The notes under the pieces were generated by a model. The model had not been told where the DNA came from, searched no databases, and saw nothing but the letters and a program-made list of their open reading frames with translations. Below, in pieces: positions 22,759-35,100 of a stretch of 64,000 nucleotides of DNA. The DNA comes from Heteronotia binoei (taxonomy: Eukaryota). A program made the position numbers and the translations under genes. The DNA is taken from positions 1 to 64,000 of the forward strand of contig NW_026800120.1 of NCBI RefSeq assembly GCF_032191835.1, read 5' to 3'. Positions within the stretch are counted from its first letter, which is position 1; each line of letters begins with the position of its first letter.

Positions 22759-25700
22759 TCAAAGGGTGCTGCCCCCCCGCACTTTTGAGATGAGCCGGGT
22801 TTCCCCAGCAGTGCTTGCAGCCACGCAGTTGAAGGCACAAGAACCCAGGAACAAGCTGGCGGGCAGGCTGTTTCCAAAATACAGCTTGGTATTGGTTGCA
22901 ATGGCCTGGTATTTGACCAGTTCCAGGTAGGCTGGTGTGAGTTTCACCTGCCGAGAGAGAGGACAAGAGAAGAGGCTTCTGAAGGACCCCAGAGAGCAAG
23001 CTCCCAGGGCCCCCAAAAGGAGAGCTCTCTGTGCCTCCCCACTCCTTCCTCTCCTGGACTGCAGGATGCAAGAGATGGATGCAGCTCACCTTGTTGGAAA
23101 TGGCTGCTTGTTTAGCAGTGTAGTACTTGGCATCTGCTTTGGCCTTCTCTCTTGCTAGAAAAGCAGCATCTAAGAGAACAACATGAAGGCACTGCTAGAC
23201 AAGTCTACAACAGAGCAGTCCAGGCGGCTGGGAATCGTTGGGGGAGGGGTAAGTACAGTGCCCTTGAGCTCCCAGCCATGGCCTCAGCATGACACCATCC
23301 GGGAATCCACTGACCTGGCTACTCTTCAGGCCAAACAAAACCTGAATGAAAGGGGAGGGACGGTGGCTCAGTGGTACAGCATCTGCTTGGGAAGCAGAAG
23401 GTCCCAGGTTCCATCCCCACTGGCATCTCCAACTAAAAAGGGTCCAGGCAAATAGGTGTGAAAAGCCTCAGCTTGAGACCCTGGAGAGCCGCTGCCAGTC
23501 TGAGTAGACAAGACTGACTTTGATGGACCCAGGGGGGTCTGATTCAGTATAAGGCAGCTTCATATGAATAAGCAGATTCAGCAAGCAGAGCCCACACTAG
23601 CTGCTCTGATCTGGTGGCCAGCGGAGGCAAGGGCAGAGCTTTCTGGGGGAGGGGCTTGTGCCAAGTTCTGGAGGGGCCATGGGGGGCTAGAGGAGTCTGC
23701 CACATGTAGAGGCCTTGTTGCCTCAAGCCTCCATCACCCCTCCCACCACATGTTCTAGGTGCTCTCTGCAGGCCTGGGACATGGCCACTCCCAACCCCAG
23801 GCCTTCATAATCCAAAAAAGGCTGCAGCGGAAGCAGCTTCCAGCCACTGTGGGGCCCAAGAGCTGGACCACGAAGGCAGGCCAAGGCCTGGCCAGGAGGA
23901 TCCACTGCAGCAGCAGCAGCGAGATGGGGAGCACTTTCTCTCCCCGCCCCTTTGCTGAATGGCCCACTAAGGCTTCTCTCCTGGTTCACCTGCTTTCTCC
24001 TCCCGAGGCTTCCAGAGCCACCACACCCTGCACTCTTGATCCTGCGTGGCCAGTCTATCCACCTGGGCATCTCAAGCTCAATCAAGGAAGGCAGCGCTTC
24101 CTTCCCTGCCCCCTTCCTCTCTTCTGTTCGCTTTGGGCTGCCCGACTGGAAGCTGCCTTTAAGCAGTATCTGCCACCAGCCCCCTCGACAGGCCTTAGCG
24201 GGTCTTGCTCCCACATTCAGCCACGACCCTCCCTCGGATGCACGGCCAGAGAATCCACTCCAGCCACTGCAAATCACCTCAAGACCTTCCCGGCTCAATG
24301 ACTCCCTGGCCAAAGTGCAGCGTCATCCTTCTGGATAACTGTATTCGCTTTCCAGTCATTGCTTTCAAAAAGCCTCCTGCCCCATCTCTTCTACCCCTCA
24401 CCCTCCAAGGGGCTTCAGTGCAAGGGCCATTTCTCTTCTGCTCTGGAGTATCCTCAGAACCAGGTGAGGTGGCCTTCTGTCCATTCCACAGAGCAGGAGA
24501 TGCTGCTGCGGAAAGAACCTGAGGCCACCCAGCGGCCCTGCCACAGGGGCAGCGAGAAGGCACAGCTCTCAGGGCCAGAGATGCAGCAGAAGCACAGACT
24601 TCCAGCGCTCCCCTGTCGTCTCCCCTGCTTGCCTCGCAGTCCTCCTTTCTCAGTGCCAGTTGCTGCTCCTTGGCCTTCCTTCCCACCCCTTCTCAAAGGG
24701 AGGGTGAGGGCACATCCCCACCTGCTGGGCCCATTTGCCCCTCAACTGGCACTCCCATGTGGCTCACAGAGGATCCCCCAGAGGCCCCACCCCCCACAGC
24801 CACAAGATGCCTTTTAAGAGGTGGGCCCTAGCCTGGCTGTGGAGGCGTCTCTGCACACAGAACACTTGGCAGGCTGAGCAGCAAATCCTCCTTCCTGCGC
24901 AGAAGTGGCACCTGGGGACGAGGAGGAGAGCTGAGGGTCACTTACCTTCAAGCTCAGAAATCCGCTTGCCTGTCAACGTTTCCATGACCTTCTGCTGATA
25001 CTGAATCTTGGCCACCTGAGCCACCTTCTCTGCTTCTGCAATTAGACAGCAGCCTGTCCTGAGCAACTGCACAGCCCGCTGGGGAAACCGCAGCCCTCAC
25101 GGGGGCAGGGCAGAGCTAACCCACAGGGATCTGCTATGCAATTCAAATTCAAATATTCAAGCAATGCCACGTGATGTCCAAGCACTGGGGTTTGTCCACG
25201 TGTCCCTCTGACGTGACAGATTTGCAGCACAACACCACCCTCCCCCCCCCCCCCCCCGACATCTATAAACAGACTGCATCGGCATCTGTGCAGCAGAAAA
25301 ATTCTCCACGGGAAAAAGGACATCCCTCTTCACCCCTCCTGTCCGAAGAAGAGTTCTGGAGCCCTCAGAAGCGCACACACACACACCCCCCCCCCCGGTG
25401 ACATGTCAGTCTGGCCCAGCAAGGCCAGACAGAGGCATCCCGCCCCTCCCACCCACCCCCTCAGCAGGCCGCAGCAAGAAGCCTCATCAGCCCCTGGCCT
25501 CAGCTGCTTCCCTCCCTCTTTGTGGGCATCTGAACAGCCCCAGCCAGGGAACATCCAGCTCAGAGAGCGCCAGAGTGAAGTCAGGCTGGGTCTGCCCGGA
25601 AGGGTGGCCACTTACCTATGATTGCCTTCCTCCTCTCCGTCTCGGCCTCCTTCTCCACTACTTTCTGCTTCTCAGCAGCTATCAAGAGTTTGGTCTTTTC

Positions 25701-28700
25701 CGTTTCCCTGCAGAGCAAAACAGAAGACATTTCTCCAGCTTCCTGCCCCCAACCCCAACCCACTGGCCTAATCCCAGGGCTCCAGCCCCACTGGGCCAGA
25801 GCAGCCCATCCCCCTTTGCCCGCCAGTAGCAGCAGAGGTGGTGCCTGGGGTTGGGGTGGGGAGACAACCATCCCTGCTGCCGTTTACTGCAAGGCTACCG
25901 GCTGTCTCCGGCCTGCACTTTGCGCAGGTTTCATTCCAGTGAAATTGTCCCCTTGAGCTTCCCATGTCCTCAGGAGGCCCCTTGTGGCAAATGCCACAAC
26001 TGCCGGATGAGCTCCAGTTCTGCTGTCTTGTGGTGCAGCGGTTCAGAGCAGTGGCCTCTAATCTGGAGAACCAGCAGGTTTGATCCCCCACTCCTCCTCT
26101 GCATGCTGCCAGCTGGGTGACCTCTCAGCCCCACCCGCCTCACAGGACGTCTACTGCGGGAGAGGAAGGGAAGGAGATTGCAAGCCACTCCTCTGGATGT
26201 ACAAAACCAGCTCCTCCTCTTCTGAATAGGACTGGTCCTCATACTGACCCTGCCACGCTGCTCCCTCTGTTTGCTTCCCTCCCCTCTCCCTTGCAAGAGC
26301 TGCCCATGCATCCCTCACCTCGGCCTCCTTTCCTTTCACCCAGCTGACTCCAAAGACCACCTGTCTTTTTGATCACCTGACTGCTTTCTGACCAGCGCCC
26401 CAGGAGCCCTTGGGGGGGGGGGAACCTTACGGGAAAGCCTGTGGGAAGTCTGTGCCTGTCTCTGGCTCCAGGCCCTCTGGGAGGACCAAGGAAGCTGCTG
26501 TGGTCAGGCTACAACTTCTCACTGCTCATTCAGCAGTTGCAAGAAGCACCCACAATCCCACATTTTCAGGGCTCCAGGAGCAGCCGAACACCTGCACAAG
26601 ATGTAGTTTCACGTGGCCTTTAAGGGCACCAGAGAAGACTATTCAGTGACCCTGGCAAGTGGCCCAGCCCTACAAGGAGCACCCCATTGCAGGCCCCAGG
26701 CCCTGAGGGAGACACACTCCAGCAAGAAATACTTACACAAGTTCAAAATTTCTCCGGATGACTTCAGGGATTTTGGGCTTTGTCACCCGCACAGCCTGCA
26801 TGGAAAAAGACAGACCACTCAACCAGTTGCACCCTTGTGTGGGTGGGGGGCTCTTCTTCCCAGCCATGGGCTATTCACTCTGTTGACAAAGAACCACCCC
26901 CACCCCCAAATTCTGTAGTAGACAAAAGAAAATGTATGTTATACATTTTGAGAAAGAATAATTTTGCTTAAACAGCAGCTCACTGATTGTCATGCACTGA
27001 CCTCCCTTCCTAGAAATCTCCCAGGCTGCCTCCCCACCCTCCCACTCCCAAAGATGCTCCTTGATAACAGGAGCTGATTTCAGCCCTCTCATCTCCTCCC
27101 CCCAGCCACACCCGAGATTTCTGTGCCACAAGTAGCAACAGAAGAAAGAACTCTTGGATGCTGCCTGTCTGGCCTCCTTGCAGAAGCAATGCTCTGAAGC
27201 TAAGATAGCTAAAACCGCCCTTTCCTTTAGGCTACTGCCCTCAGATACCCAGCATTTATCCATGCCAAACTCCTACAGCAGGCAAAGAATACGAGCTGGC
27301 TGGGTACCCACCAGAACGTACGAGGGGTGGAGCTCTCAGCTCCTGCCCAAGGCCTCATTCAAGAACATTCACAGATGCAACTCCAGAAGAAGCCCTCCCT
27401 TTGCTGTCACCTGCCAGACAGAAGGCAGGAGAGAGGTGTGGGAGCAGCGGCCTCACCTGGATGGTGATCCCTGGAGCCAGGGCGTTCAGGTCCTGCTGCA
27501 GTGCTAGCTTCAGGTTGTCATCTATCTGATCTAGGAGCAGCAGACAGGAGGAAAAACAGAGTTACTACCCAGTCACCCAGCTGTGCAGGCAGCCCAGAGC
27601 CATTTCCAGCACCCTGATTTATTTCTGTCCTGCTCTTCTGTACAAAAAGGACACTCAATTCCAAAAACCTTTATTGGAATAACAAGAACACCCAAGACAG
27701 CTGACAAATGCAACCCATCCTAATGGAGTACAGTATCCAAGCAGGGTCAGACTGGCCAGGAAAAGTGAAGAAGGATCCTGCCCCCTCCAGGGAGGGAGGG
27801 AGAAGGAAGGACACAGCACATCTGCCCTCATTCGGTGGTTCAGCACATCCGCCCTCCCCTCAAAACTGTAAATCAAACCAGCTTTCAGGTTATTGTCTGA
27901 AAACTTTTTTGAGGAATTTTCCCTACAAATCAAAGTCAGGCACACAGAGAGAGAGAGAAAAATAACACCTAATATCTTCTGAGAGTTCCATAGAGAAAAG
28001 TCTGATTTGCTTGTCACAGCAATGCATTTTTATAAAAAAAAATATCAGTCTTATCGTACTCTTGGTGATTAGTCCTAAATCAAATATTGGTTCCTTGTTA
28101 TTTATGCGTTAATCATAGAATCCTAGAGTGGGAAGGGACCTCCAGGGTCATCTAGTCCAACCCCCTGCACAATGCAGGAAACTCACAAACACCTCCCCCT
28201 AAATTCACAGGATCTTCAATGCTGTCAGATGGCCATCTAGTCTCTGTTGAAAAACCTCCAAGGAAGGAGAACCCACCACCATCCAAGGAGGAAGCCTGTT
28301 CCACTGAGGAACCACTCTAACAGTCAGGAAATTCTTCCTAATGTTGAGCCGGAAACTCATCCTGAAGCATGCCCATTAACCTTCCTAGTGCAAGATAAAA
28401 AAGCCAAACGGAACTCTTAATCTCTCTTAAAAGACTATAAACAATGTTTCTGCAACTGCTTTACTTAGATGTCAAAGACAAAAGAAAACTTTTATGCAAC
28501 CAGAGTTCACCAACAGCTGAACTCACTATGAGCATTCACTACAAGAAAGAAGACGCAGTCAAGATGCTGCTGCTTACCAAAAAGTTCAATGTACACTTCC
28601 TGGAGGGTGTGGCCACTGCAAAACTGGTTGAGCTCATGGTGGATCTTGTTAAAGATGAGAGCCCTGTCATAATCGGCAGTGAAGTTCCTTACAATGTCAT

Positions 28701-31149
28701 AGACTGGAGTAGAGAGAGACCACAAGGTCAGGGAAACAGAACATGCTCCAAGCAGAACACGCTTTGTTCTGGCCCCTTGCCCCAGGCAATCTCGCCCAGG
28801 AAAGAAGTCTGAGCAGAGCCCCCCTCCAAGGGGCAGCTGAGAGGTCAGGCCATGACCCCCAAAAGTTACCAACAGAGGCCAGATTCTAGGAGACTTCTGC
28901 AAGAAGCTGACTAGGCTTTAAGGGGCAAGCCAGTGCCCTGAGCAACCTGTGCTCTCCTGCAGTCTCTTCACCTGCCCAAGCCCCATCTCCTCTACATGCA
29001 ATCAGAAGCAGGGCCCATGGAAGCCAGAGAAATTTACACTGAAGCCTTTACAAGATAACCATGGGCTCAAAGGGAATATTGAGCAACTGTTTCAATTAAG
29101 GGGCTCTGAAGAGGCCGTACCTGCATGTGGCGCCAACATGTTCACCACTTCAATCCGATCGATGTAGATCACAACACCGCCACTAGGAGGCAATGTCACC
29201 CGTCAGTGGCAGTGGAGAGATGATGTGCTCTCATTCGCTCCCATACGCACACCGCCATCAACCCCAAGTCGGTTCAGGTTGTTTGCCTGGCAGCCACTCT
29301 CCTGCTTGGGGAGGGCTTAAGCCTCACACAGGGGAAGCCCCTCTGAGGGAGCGGCTCCGCTAGTGGGTGGCCTGCCAGAGCCCACAGACAGGTGGGGGAG
29401 CCCAAAGGAGGAGGAACTGGGCAGCACCCAAACCCTGTCACAAGGAGAAGTTCTGCCCAGCAGGAAAAAGAAGAATTAAAGATTTTTATCCCGCCCTTCT
29501 CTCTGAATCAGAGTCTCAGAGCAGCTTACAATCTCCTATATCTTCTCACCCCACAATAGACACTCTGTGAGGTGGGTGGGACTGAGAAGGCTCTCAGCAG
29601 CTGCTCTTTCAAGGACAACTGTGGCAGAGCTATGGCTGACCCAAGGCCATCCCAGCAGGTGCAAGTGGAGGAGTGGGGAATCAAACCCGGTTCTCCCAGA
29701 TAAGAGAGCTCTGGCTGACCCAAGGCCATCCCAGCAGGTGCAAGTGGAGGAGTGGGGAATCCAACCCGGTTCTCCCAGATAAGAGAGCTCTGGCTGACCC
29801 AAGGCCATTCCAGCAGGTGCAAGTGGAGGAGTGGGGAATCAAACCCAGTTCTCCCAGATAAGAGAGCTCTGGCTGACCCAAGGCCATCCCAGCAGGTGCA
29901 AGTGGAGGAGTGGGGAATCAAACCCATGTCTCCCAGATAAGAGTCCACACACTTAACCGCCATTCCAAGCGACACACCTGTGTGGGCGCCCTGCTAGGAA
30001 GCTCAGTGTGACCGTCAGCACAAACAGAGAGTCAGCCTGTGGCTCAGAACACACAGAACGGCACTCAAAACGAGAGAACCCCAAGGTTTTGGGTTTTTTT
30101 TAAAGTAATGCATTGTTTGAACATATCTATTCTTCCCTCGTCCCTAGAGGTTCCAGAAAATGTGCTACAAAACCCACAGTGAACCCCTGCCCCCAGAGCA
30201 CTGTTGAGGGCTCAATGGCCCAAGTGTTTCCTGCCTTTGCACCACTGGCGGGAGGCCCAACGAAAAGGAAGGTCCTTTGGCTCTTCCTAGAGAGCAGGAA
30301 GCCCTGGGAATATGCAAAGGCAGCTCTTGCTGCCCCACAAAAGAGCGGGGTTAGTGCAGGGGCTGCTCAGGCGACAACAGAGAAATGGGCCAGAGGCTGC
30401 ACGTGCGGCACTTCCTTCCAGCAGTGGCTTCCCAGCGAAGTACAGAAAGGAGAAAGGCCGCCCAACCCAACACCGCCCCCCCCCAGGCCGCAGTCCTGTC
30501 TGGCCTCCCCCCACATCCCGGGTACCTGGTCCCGCAAGGCACGTTCTTCACCTCGTCCGTCTGCAGCGTGGTCTGCAAAGGAGGAGGGCGGAAGTCAGCG
30601 CGAGGTTTGCTCAGCCCTGGGGCAGCAAGCAGGAGGCCGGAGGAGGGGAGCCCCGGGCCGGGCCAGGCCGGGCCTGCCTCTCCCCTCCCCTCCCCTCCCC
30701 TCCCCCGCCAAGACCCACCTGCACGGCTCGCTGGGTGGTGACGAAGGGCAGCATCAGGCGGTAGCCCGGCCCGCTCAGCCGCGGCAGCAGCGCCCCGCCC
30801 CTGCCGGAGAGGAACAGACAGACAGGCAGTCAGGCAGGCCCGCCCCCCCCCCACCCCGAGGCCGCCAACCAGCAGCCAGGGACCCCAGGGGGAGGGGGGA
30901 TGAGGGGCGGCCTCGGGCGGGGAGGGCCTCCAGCAGGGCAGGCAGCCAGGCAGCCCCTCACCCCGCCTCTGGGATGGCCGGGAAGGAGGAGGAGGCGGGG
31001 GGTCCCTGCCGCCCTCACCTGTAGTAGACGGCGAGGTGTCCCTCGGGGACCTGGTGGAGGGCGGCGCCCAGCAGCACCACCAGCACCGCCCCCGAGCCCC
31101 CCACCCACCCCCCGACGCCCAGCGCCCACGCCCCCCCGCGCCCAGACAT
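22759..31149 (-). CDS. ERLIN1: ER lipid raft-associated protein 1 (SPFH family), complete, ~343 aa. 11 exons: 31149-31019, 30800-30719, 30572-30526, 29182-29121, 28703-28578, 27530-27457, 26795-26737, 25707-25616, 25035-24946, 23169-23090, 22947-22759
   Basis: [103 protein letters not shown] and IYIDR...VNML favour ERLIN1 over ERLIN2. GT-AG introns; exon lengths sum to 1032 nt. The start ATG is inferred. Confidence 0.93.
23350..23565 (+). mobile_element. tRNA-derived SINE (Squam2-like) in ERLIN1 intron 9
   Basis: A box ggtggctcagtgg, B-box-like ggttccatcc, tail ctgattcagtataaggcagcttcatatg. Confidence 0.65.
28110..28360 (-). mobile_element. CR1 3' end, single copy of the unit amplified at 18955-20585
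   Basis: tcatagaatcctagagtgggaagggacctccagggtcatctagtccaacc is the reverse complement of the array unit end. Confidence 0.85.
29466..29960 (-). mobile_element. Squam3-like SINE with four tandem 79-bp internal units, in ERLIN1 intron 3
   Basis: Units at ~29627, 29706, 29785 and 29864; normal SINE head and tail on either side. Confidence 0.9.
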
Positions 31150-32190
31150 CCTCCCCCGCCCGCCGGGGAAGAAAAGAGGAGAGGGAGGGAGGGAGGGACG
31201 GACACTTCCGGCAGGAGGACCAAGGGACCGGAAGCGACCCGCAGCCCCGCCCCCGAGCAGAGCAGGAGGCGGGGGGGGGAATGGCGGCGCCCAGCAGCAC
31301 CACCAGCACCGCCCCCGAGCCCCGCCCACGCCCTCCCCGCGCCCCGACATCCTCCCCCGCCCACCGGGGGAAGGAAGGGAAGAAAAGGAGGGACGGGCAC
31401 TTCCGGCAGGAGGACCAAGGGACCGGAAGCGACCCGCAGCCCCGCCCCCGAGCACAGCAGGAGGCGGGGGGGGGGAAATGGCGGCGCCCAGCAGCACCGC
31501 CCCCGAGCCCCACCCACACACCGCCCACGCCCTCCCCGCGCCCAGACGTCCTCCCCCGCCCACCGGGGGAAGGAAGGGAAGAAAAGGAGGGACAGGCACT
31601 TCCGGCGAGAGGACCAAGGGACCGGAAGCGACCCGCAGCCCCGCCCCCGAGCGGAGGAGGAGGCGGGGGGAAGATGGCGGCGCCCCCGCCCACCCCCGCG
31701 CCCAGACATCCTCTCCCGCCCGCGCCCGCCGGGGGAAGGAGGGGAGAAAAGAGGAGAGGGACGGACACTTCCGGCGAGAGGACCAAGGGACCGGAAGCGG
31801 AAATGACCCTCAGGAGGAGGAGGCGGGAAGATGGCGGCGCTCAGCAGCACCGCCCTCGAGCCCAGCGGGCCCGCGCCCAGACATCTGCCCACGCCAGCCA
31901 GCCCGCCCGCCGGCCGGGGGAAGAAAGGGAAGAAAAGAGAGAGGGACGGACACTTCCGGCAAGATGACCAAGGAAGCGGAAGTGACCCTCAGGAGGAGGA
32001 GGCGGGAAGATGGCGGCGCTCAGCAGCACCGCCTCCGACCGCCCACGCCAAGCCCCCCACCGCGACCCCCATCGACGCCGGCCCTCCAGCCTGGGGAAGG
32101 AGGAGGAAGGGACACTTCCGGCGGACGGACCTAAGCGGCCGGAAGCGGAAGTGACTCTGAGGAGGAGGAGGCGGGAAGATGGCGGCGCCC
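31060..32190. promoter_or_regulatory. ERLIN1/CWF19L1 bidirectional CpG-island promoter, tandemly repeated ~6 times (160-200-bp units)
   Basis: cacttccgg at 31203, 31398, 31597, 31766, 31951, 32113; atggcggcg at 31281, 31478, 31674, 31831, 32010, 32179; the island extends roughly 30600-32600. Confidence 0.9.
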
Positions 32191-35100
32191 GGCGGCGGGA
32201 GGCCCCTGAGGATGTGAGGAGGGAGGGAAGGAGGGAGGGGGCGGGGGGCCGGAGGGGGGAGCGGCGGCGGCGCCCCCTCCCTCACCCCCCCTCCGCTGTG
32301 CGTGTCCCTGGCAGGCTGGTGAGCGGCGACGCGGAAGGGCGGCTGGACTCCCTCTTCGGGCGGGTGGAGGCCGCGCAGCGCAAGACCGGCCCCTTCGACG
32401 TGAGTGGATTGGAGGGGGGGAGGGGAGGGGGCAGGGACCCCCAGGGCCGCCGCCTCCTCCTCCTCCTCGTGCTGCTTCATGGCCCTCTTTCTCCGTCCCT
32501 CCAGTTGCTCTTGTGCGTTGGGAACTTCTTCGGCTCTGCCCAAGACGCGGAATGGGAGGACTACCGGACAGGCGCCAAGAAAGGTACAGGAAGAAGCACC
32601 TTGAAGGCATCAACAGCAGGTTTAGAAGGCATCAACAGGGGTTTAGAACAGCCTTCAGCACTTGGGACATCAACCGTAACTGCCAACCTCTTGCTTTAGA
32701 CGAGCTGCCTGGAACTCTCCCACCACGTATGGATGGAGGGGCTGGGGTGGTGGTTTCCTGGCTCATTTCTCTCCCACCCTTCCCCCCACACATACACACA
32801 CACTTGTGAGGATACATTTTTCCACAGCAGAGGGAACTTTTTGCACTTCATCAAATCCCACTTGCTCAGCCTGTGCCTTTCTTTCCTTCAGCCCCTGTTC
32901 AGACATATATCTTGGGTGCCAACAATGAAGAAACTGTTCGTCATTTTCCAGATGTCAGTGGATGTGAACTAGCTGAGAACATCACTTATCTGGGTAATTC
33001 TGGAAGCTTCTTGCTGGTTTTTACCATTGTAATGGGCGATACAGCTGCAAAGCTTCCAAGTTATATTGATAGACACATCCTGGAGAAAACTCCAGTTTCC
33101 TGAGAAAATCTTGCTGCTGTGCCATTGCTTGCATTGATAAAGTCTTCCCTTTTGCAAGTAGCCTTCAGCGTTTTTGGAAGAAAGACGGTATATAAATGTT
33201 GGAAGGAAAGAGCTCCTGCAGAAATGTCCTTTTATATGTTTTGAAGAATGTGGAGCGGGGGTGGGGCTTAGGTGGAGCATTAGAGTTACTGGAGGAGTGG
33301 ACCGGCTCCAGCTGAGCCACAGTTTACTGGAGTAGACACTGTGGGTGAGTAGGATTCTGTAGGCTCAGGTCATAGTCCAGCAAACCTGAGTTAGTTTCTC
33401 CTGGGTGCAAGGAATCTTCTGGAAGCTGAAGGCAAAGAGTCCTTTGACCCCTGTGACCATTCTAGTTGGTGAGCTGCTGCCCTGTGAGAGCATTCTGGGG
33501 GAACTCCTGCCAGTGGCTCTGATATCCAGCTGGATTGTTTTATGTGTCTCTCTGCAGCTGAGTCAGAGGCCCTTTGGGGTGTGCAGATGTTGCATCTCTG
33601 TGGAGAGAGACGGCATCATTCGCAACGAGTTCTTGAGTTCAAGCTCTAGCATGAACTCTTAACATTCTGTGTTGTATGAAGGGCGCAAAGGGGTCTTCAG
33701 CGGAGCCTCTGGACTTCAGATTGCATACCTCAGTGGTGTTGAGTCCTTGCAGGAGCCAGCCCCAGCACACTGTTTCAGCTCCAAGGATGTGGCTGACCTC
33801 AAAACCTCGCTGCTGTCTACTCCGAAGTTCAAAGGCGTAGACATCTTGCTGACTTCCTGTTGGCCCAGAGCTGTGGAGAAATTTGGAAACAGTCCTGTAA
33901 GTATTCCATTTGGATCTGAACCTGAAGGGAATTGGGCTTATCCATTTTGTTGCCCTTGGTGCCTCTTGTCCAGCTGCTGGTCATTTTTGCAGCGGGATGC
34001 TTCTGGGTAGCTGGCGGCATGGAGCCTGCCTGTCTTTAAGTGACTGGCCTTGGGGTCTGTTGATCTGCCTTGTGAGAATAAGCCTTGTGTGCTTTGCTAA
34101 CAGCTGGATTCGAGTTCAGCAGCGCCTTAGAAATGAGCAAGGTTTTGGGGTAGAAGCCTTTGACTTTTGTTGCTCTCCCAAGGTCCTGTGGTCTTGAATC
34201 TTGCAGATCAACATGCCTACTCTCTGTCAGTAACTTTAGAATATCAGAGAAGCCAGGTTGGATCAGGCTAGTGGCCCACGCAGTCCGTCTCACACAGTGG
34301 CCAAAACCCAGAGGCCATCAGGAGATCCACCAGCAGGACCAGAACTCCAGAAGTCCTCCCACTGTGTCCCGCAAGCACGAAGAAGACAGAGCATCACTGC
34401 CCCAGACAGAATGTTCCATTTTTACCTTGTGTCTTTACCTCTGCTCCGTATGTTTATCCAGTCTCCTCTTGAAGCTGTCCGTGCTTGTAGCTGTCACTGC
34501 ATCCTGTAGTAAAGAATTCCATATGTTAATTACTCTTTGGGTGAAGAAATACTTCCTTTTATCTGGTCTAAGCCTCCTGCTCATTCATTTCGAGTGCCCA
34601 CAAATTCTTGTATTGTGAGAAAGGGAGAAAAGTACTTCTATCTCTTCTCTATCGCTAAGCAGTTAGCTTTTCAGTGGTTGCTGTTGGTAGGGCTGTGCGC
34701 CCATTACATTGAGAAGCAGTCACTGTGGGATCCTGGCAGCTTACCCTCTTTCATCCCCTTTACATATCACATCCTTGCATTTTCCCCTAACTTGTGCATG
34801 AACAGCAGGGTGACGTGGACACTAAGAAATGTGGTTCGGGGCTCGTGTCTCTGCTGGCTGCCAGTCTAAAGCCAAGATACCATTTCAGCGGCCTACAGAA
34901 GATCTATTATGAAAGACTTCCTTACAGGTACATAGAATTGGGCAGGTTACTTACAGTGAACTCTAAGTTGATAGGCTTCCAGGAAGTATTGTGAAGTTCA
35001 GTTGCTGTAAGTTGATGGTGTGTGCATTTGATAGCTGTTTTCAGTGGGACGTACCAGTTCTCCGTCTCTTGCTGTGGTAAACAAAAGAGTTTTCAGCATA

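Noticed and set aside
22759-31149. ERLIN2 assignment
   Set aside because: [18 protein letters not shown] and TKPKIPE are ERLIN1-type, and the gene neighbours CWF19L1.
30113-32699. Long ORFs of 200-513 aa on both strands
   Set aside because: Low-complexity Pro/Gly/Arg translations of a GC-rich tandem repeat where stops are rare; only the short spliced exons match known proteins.
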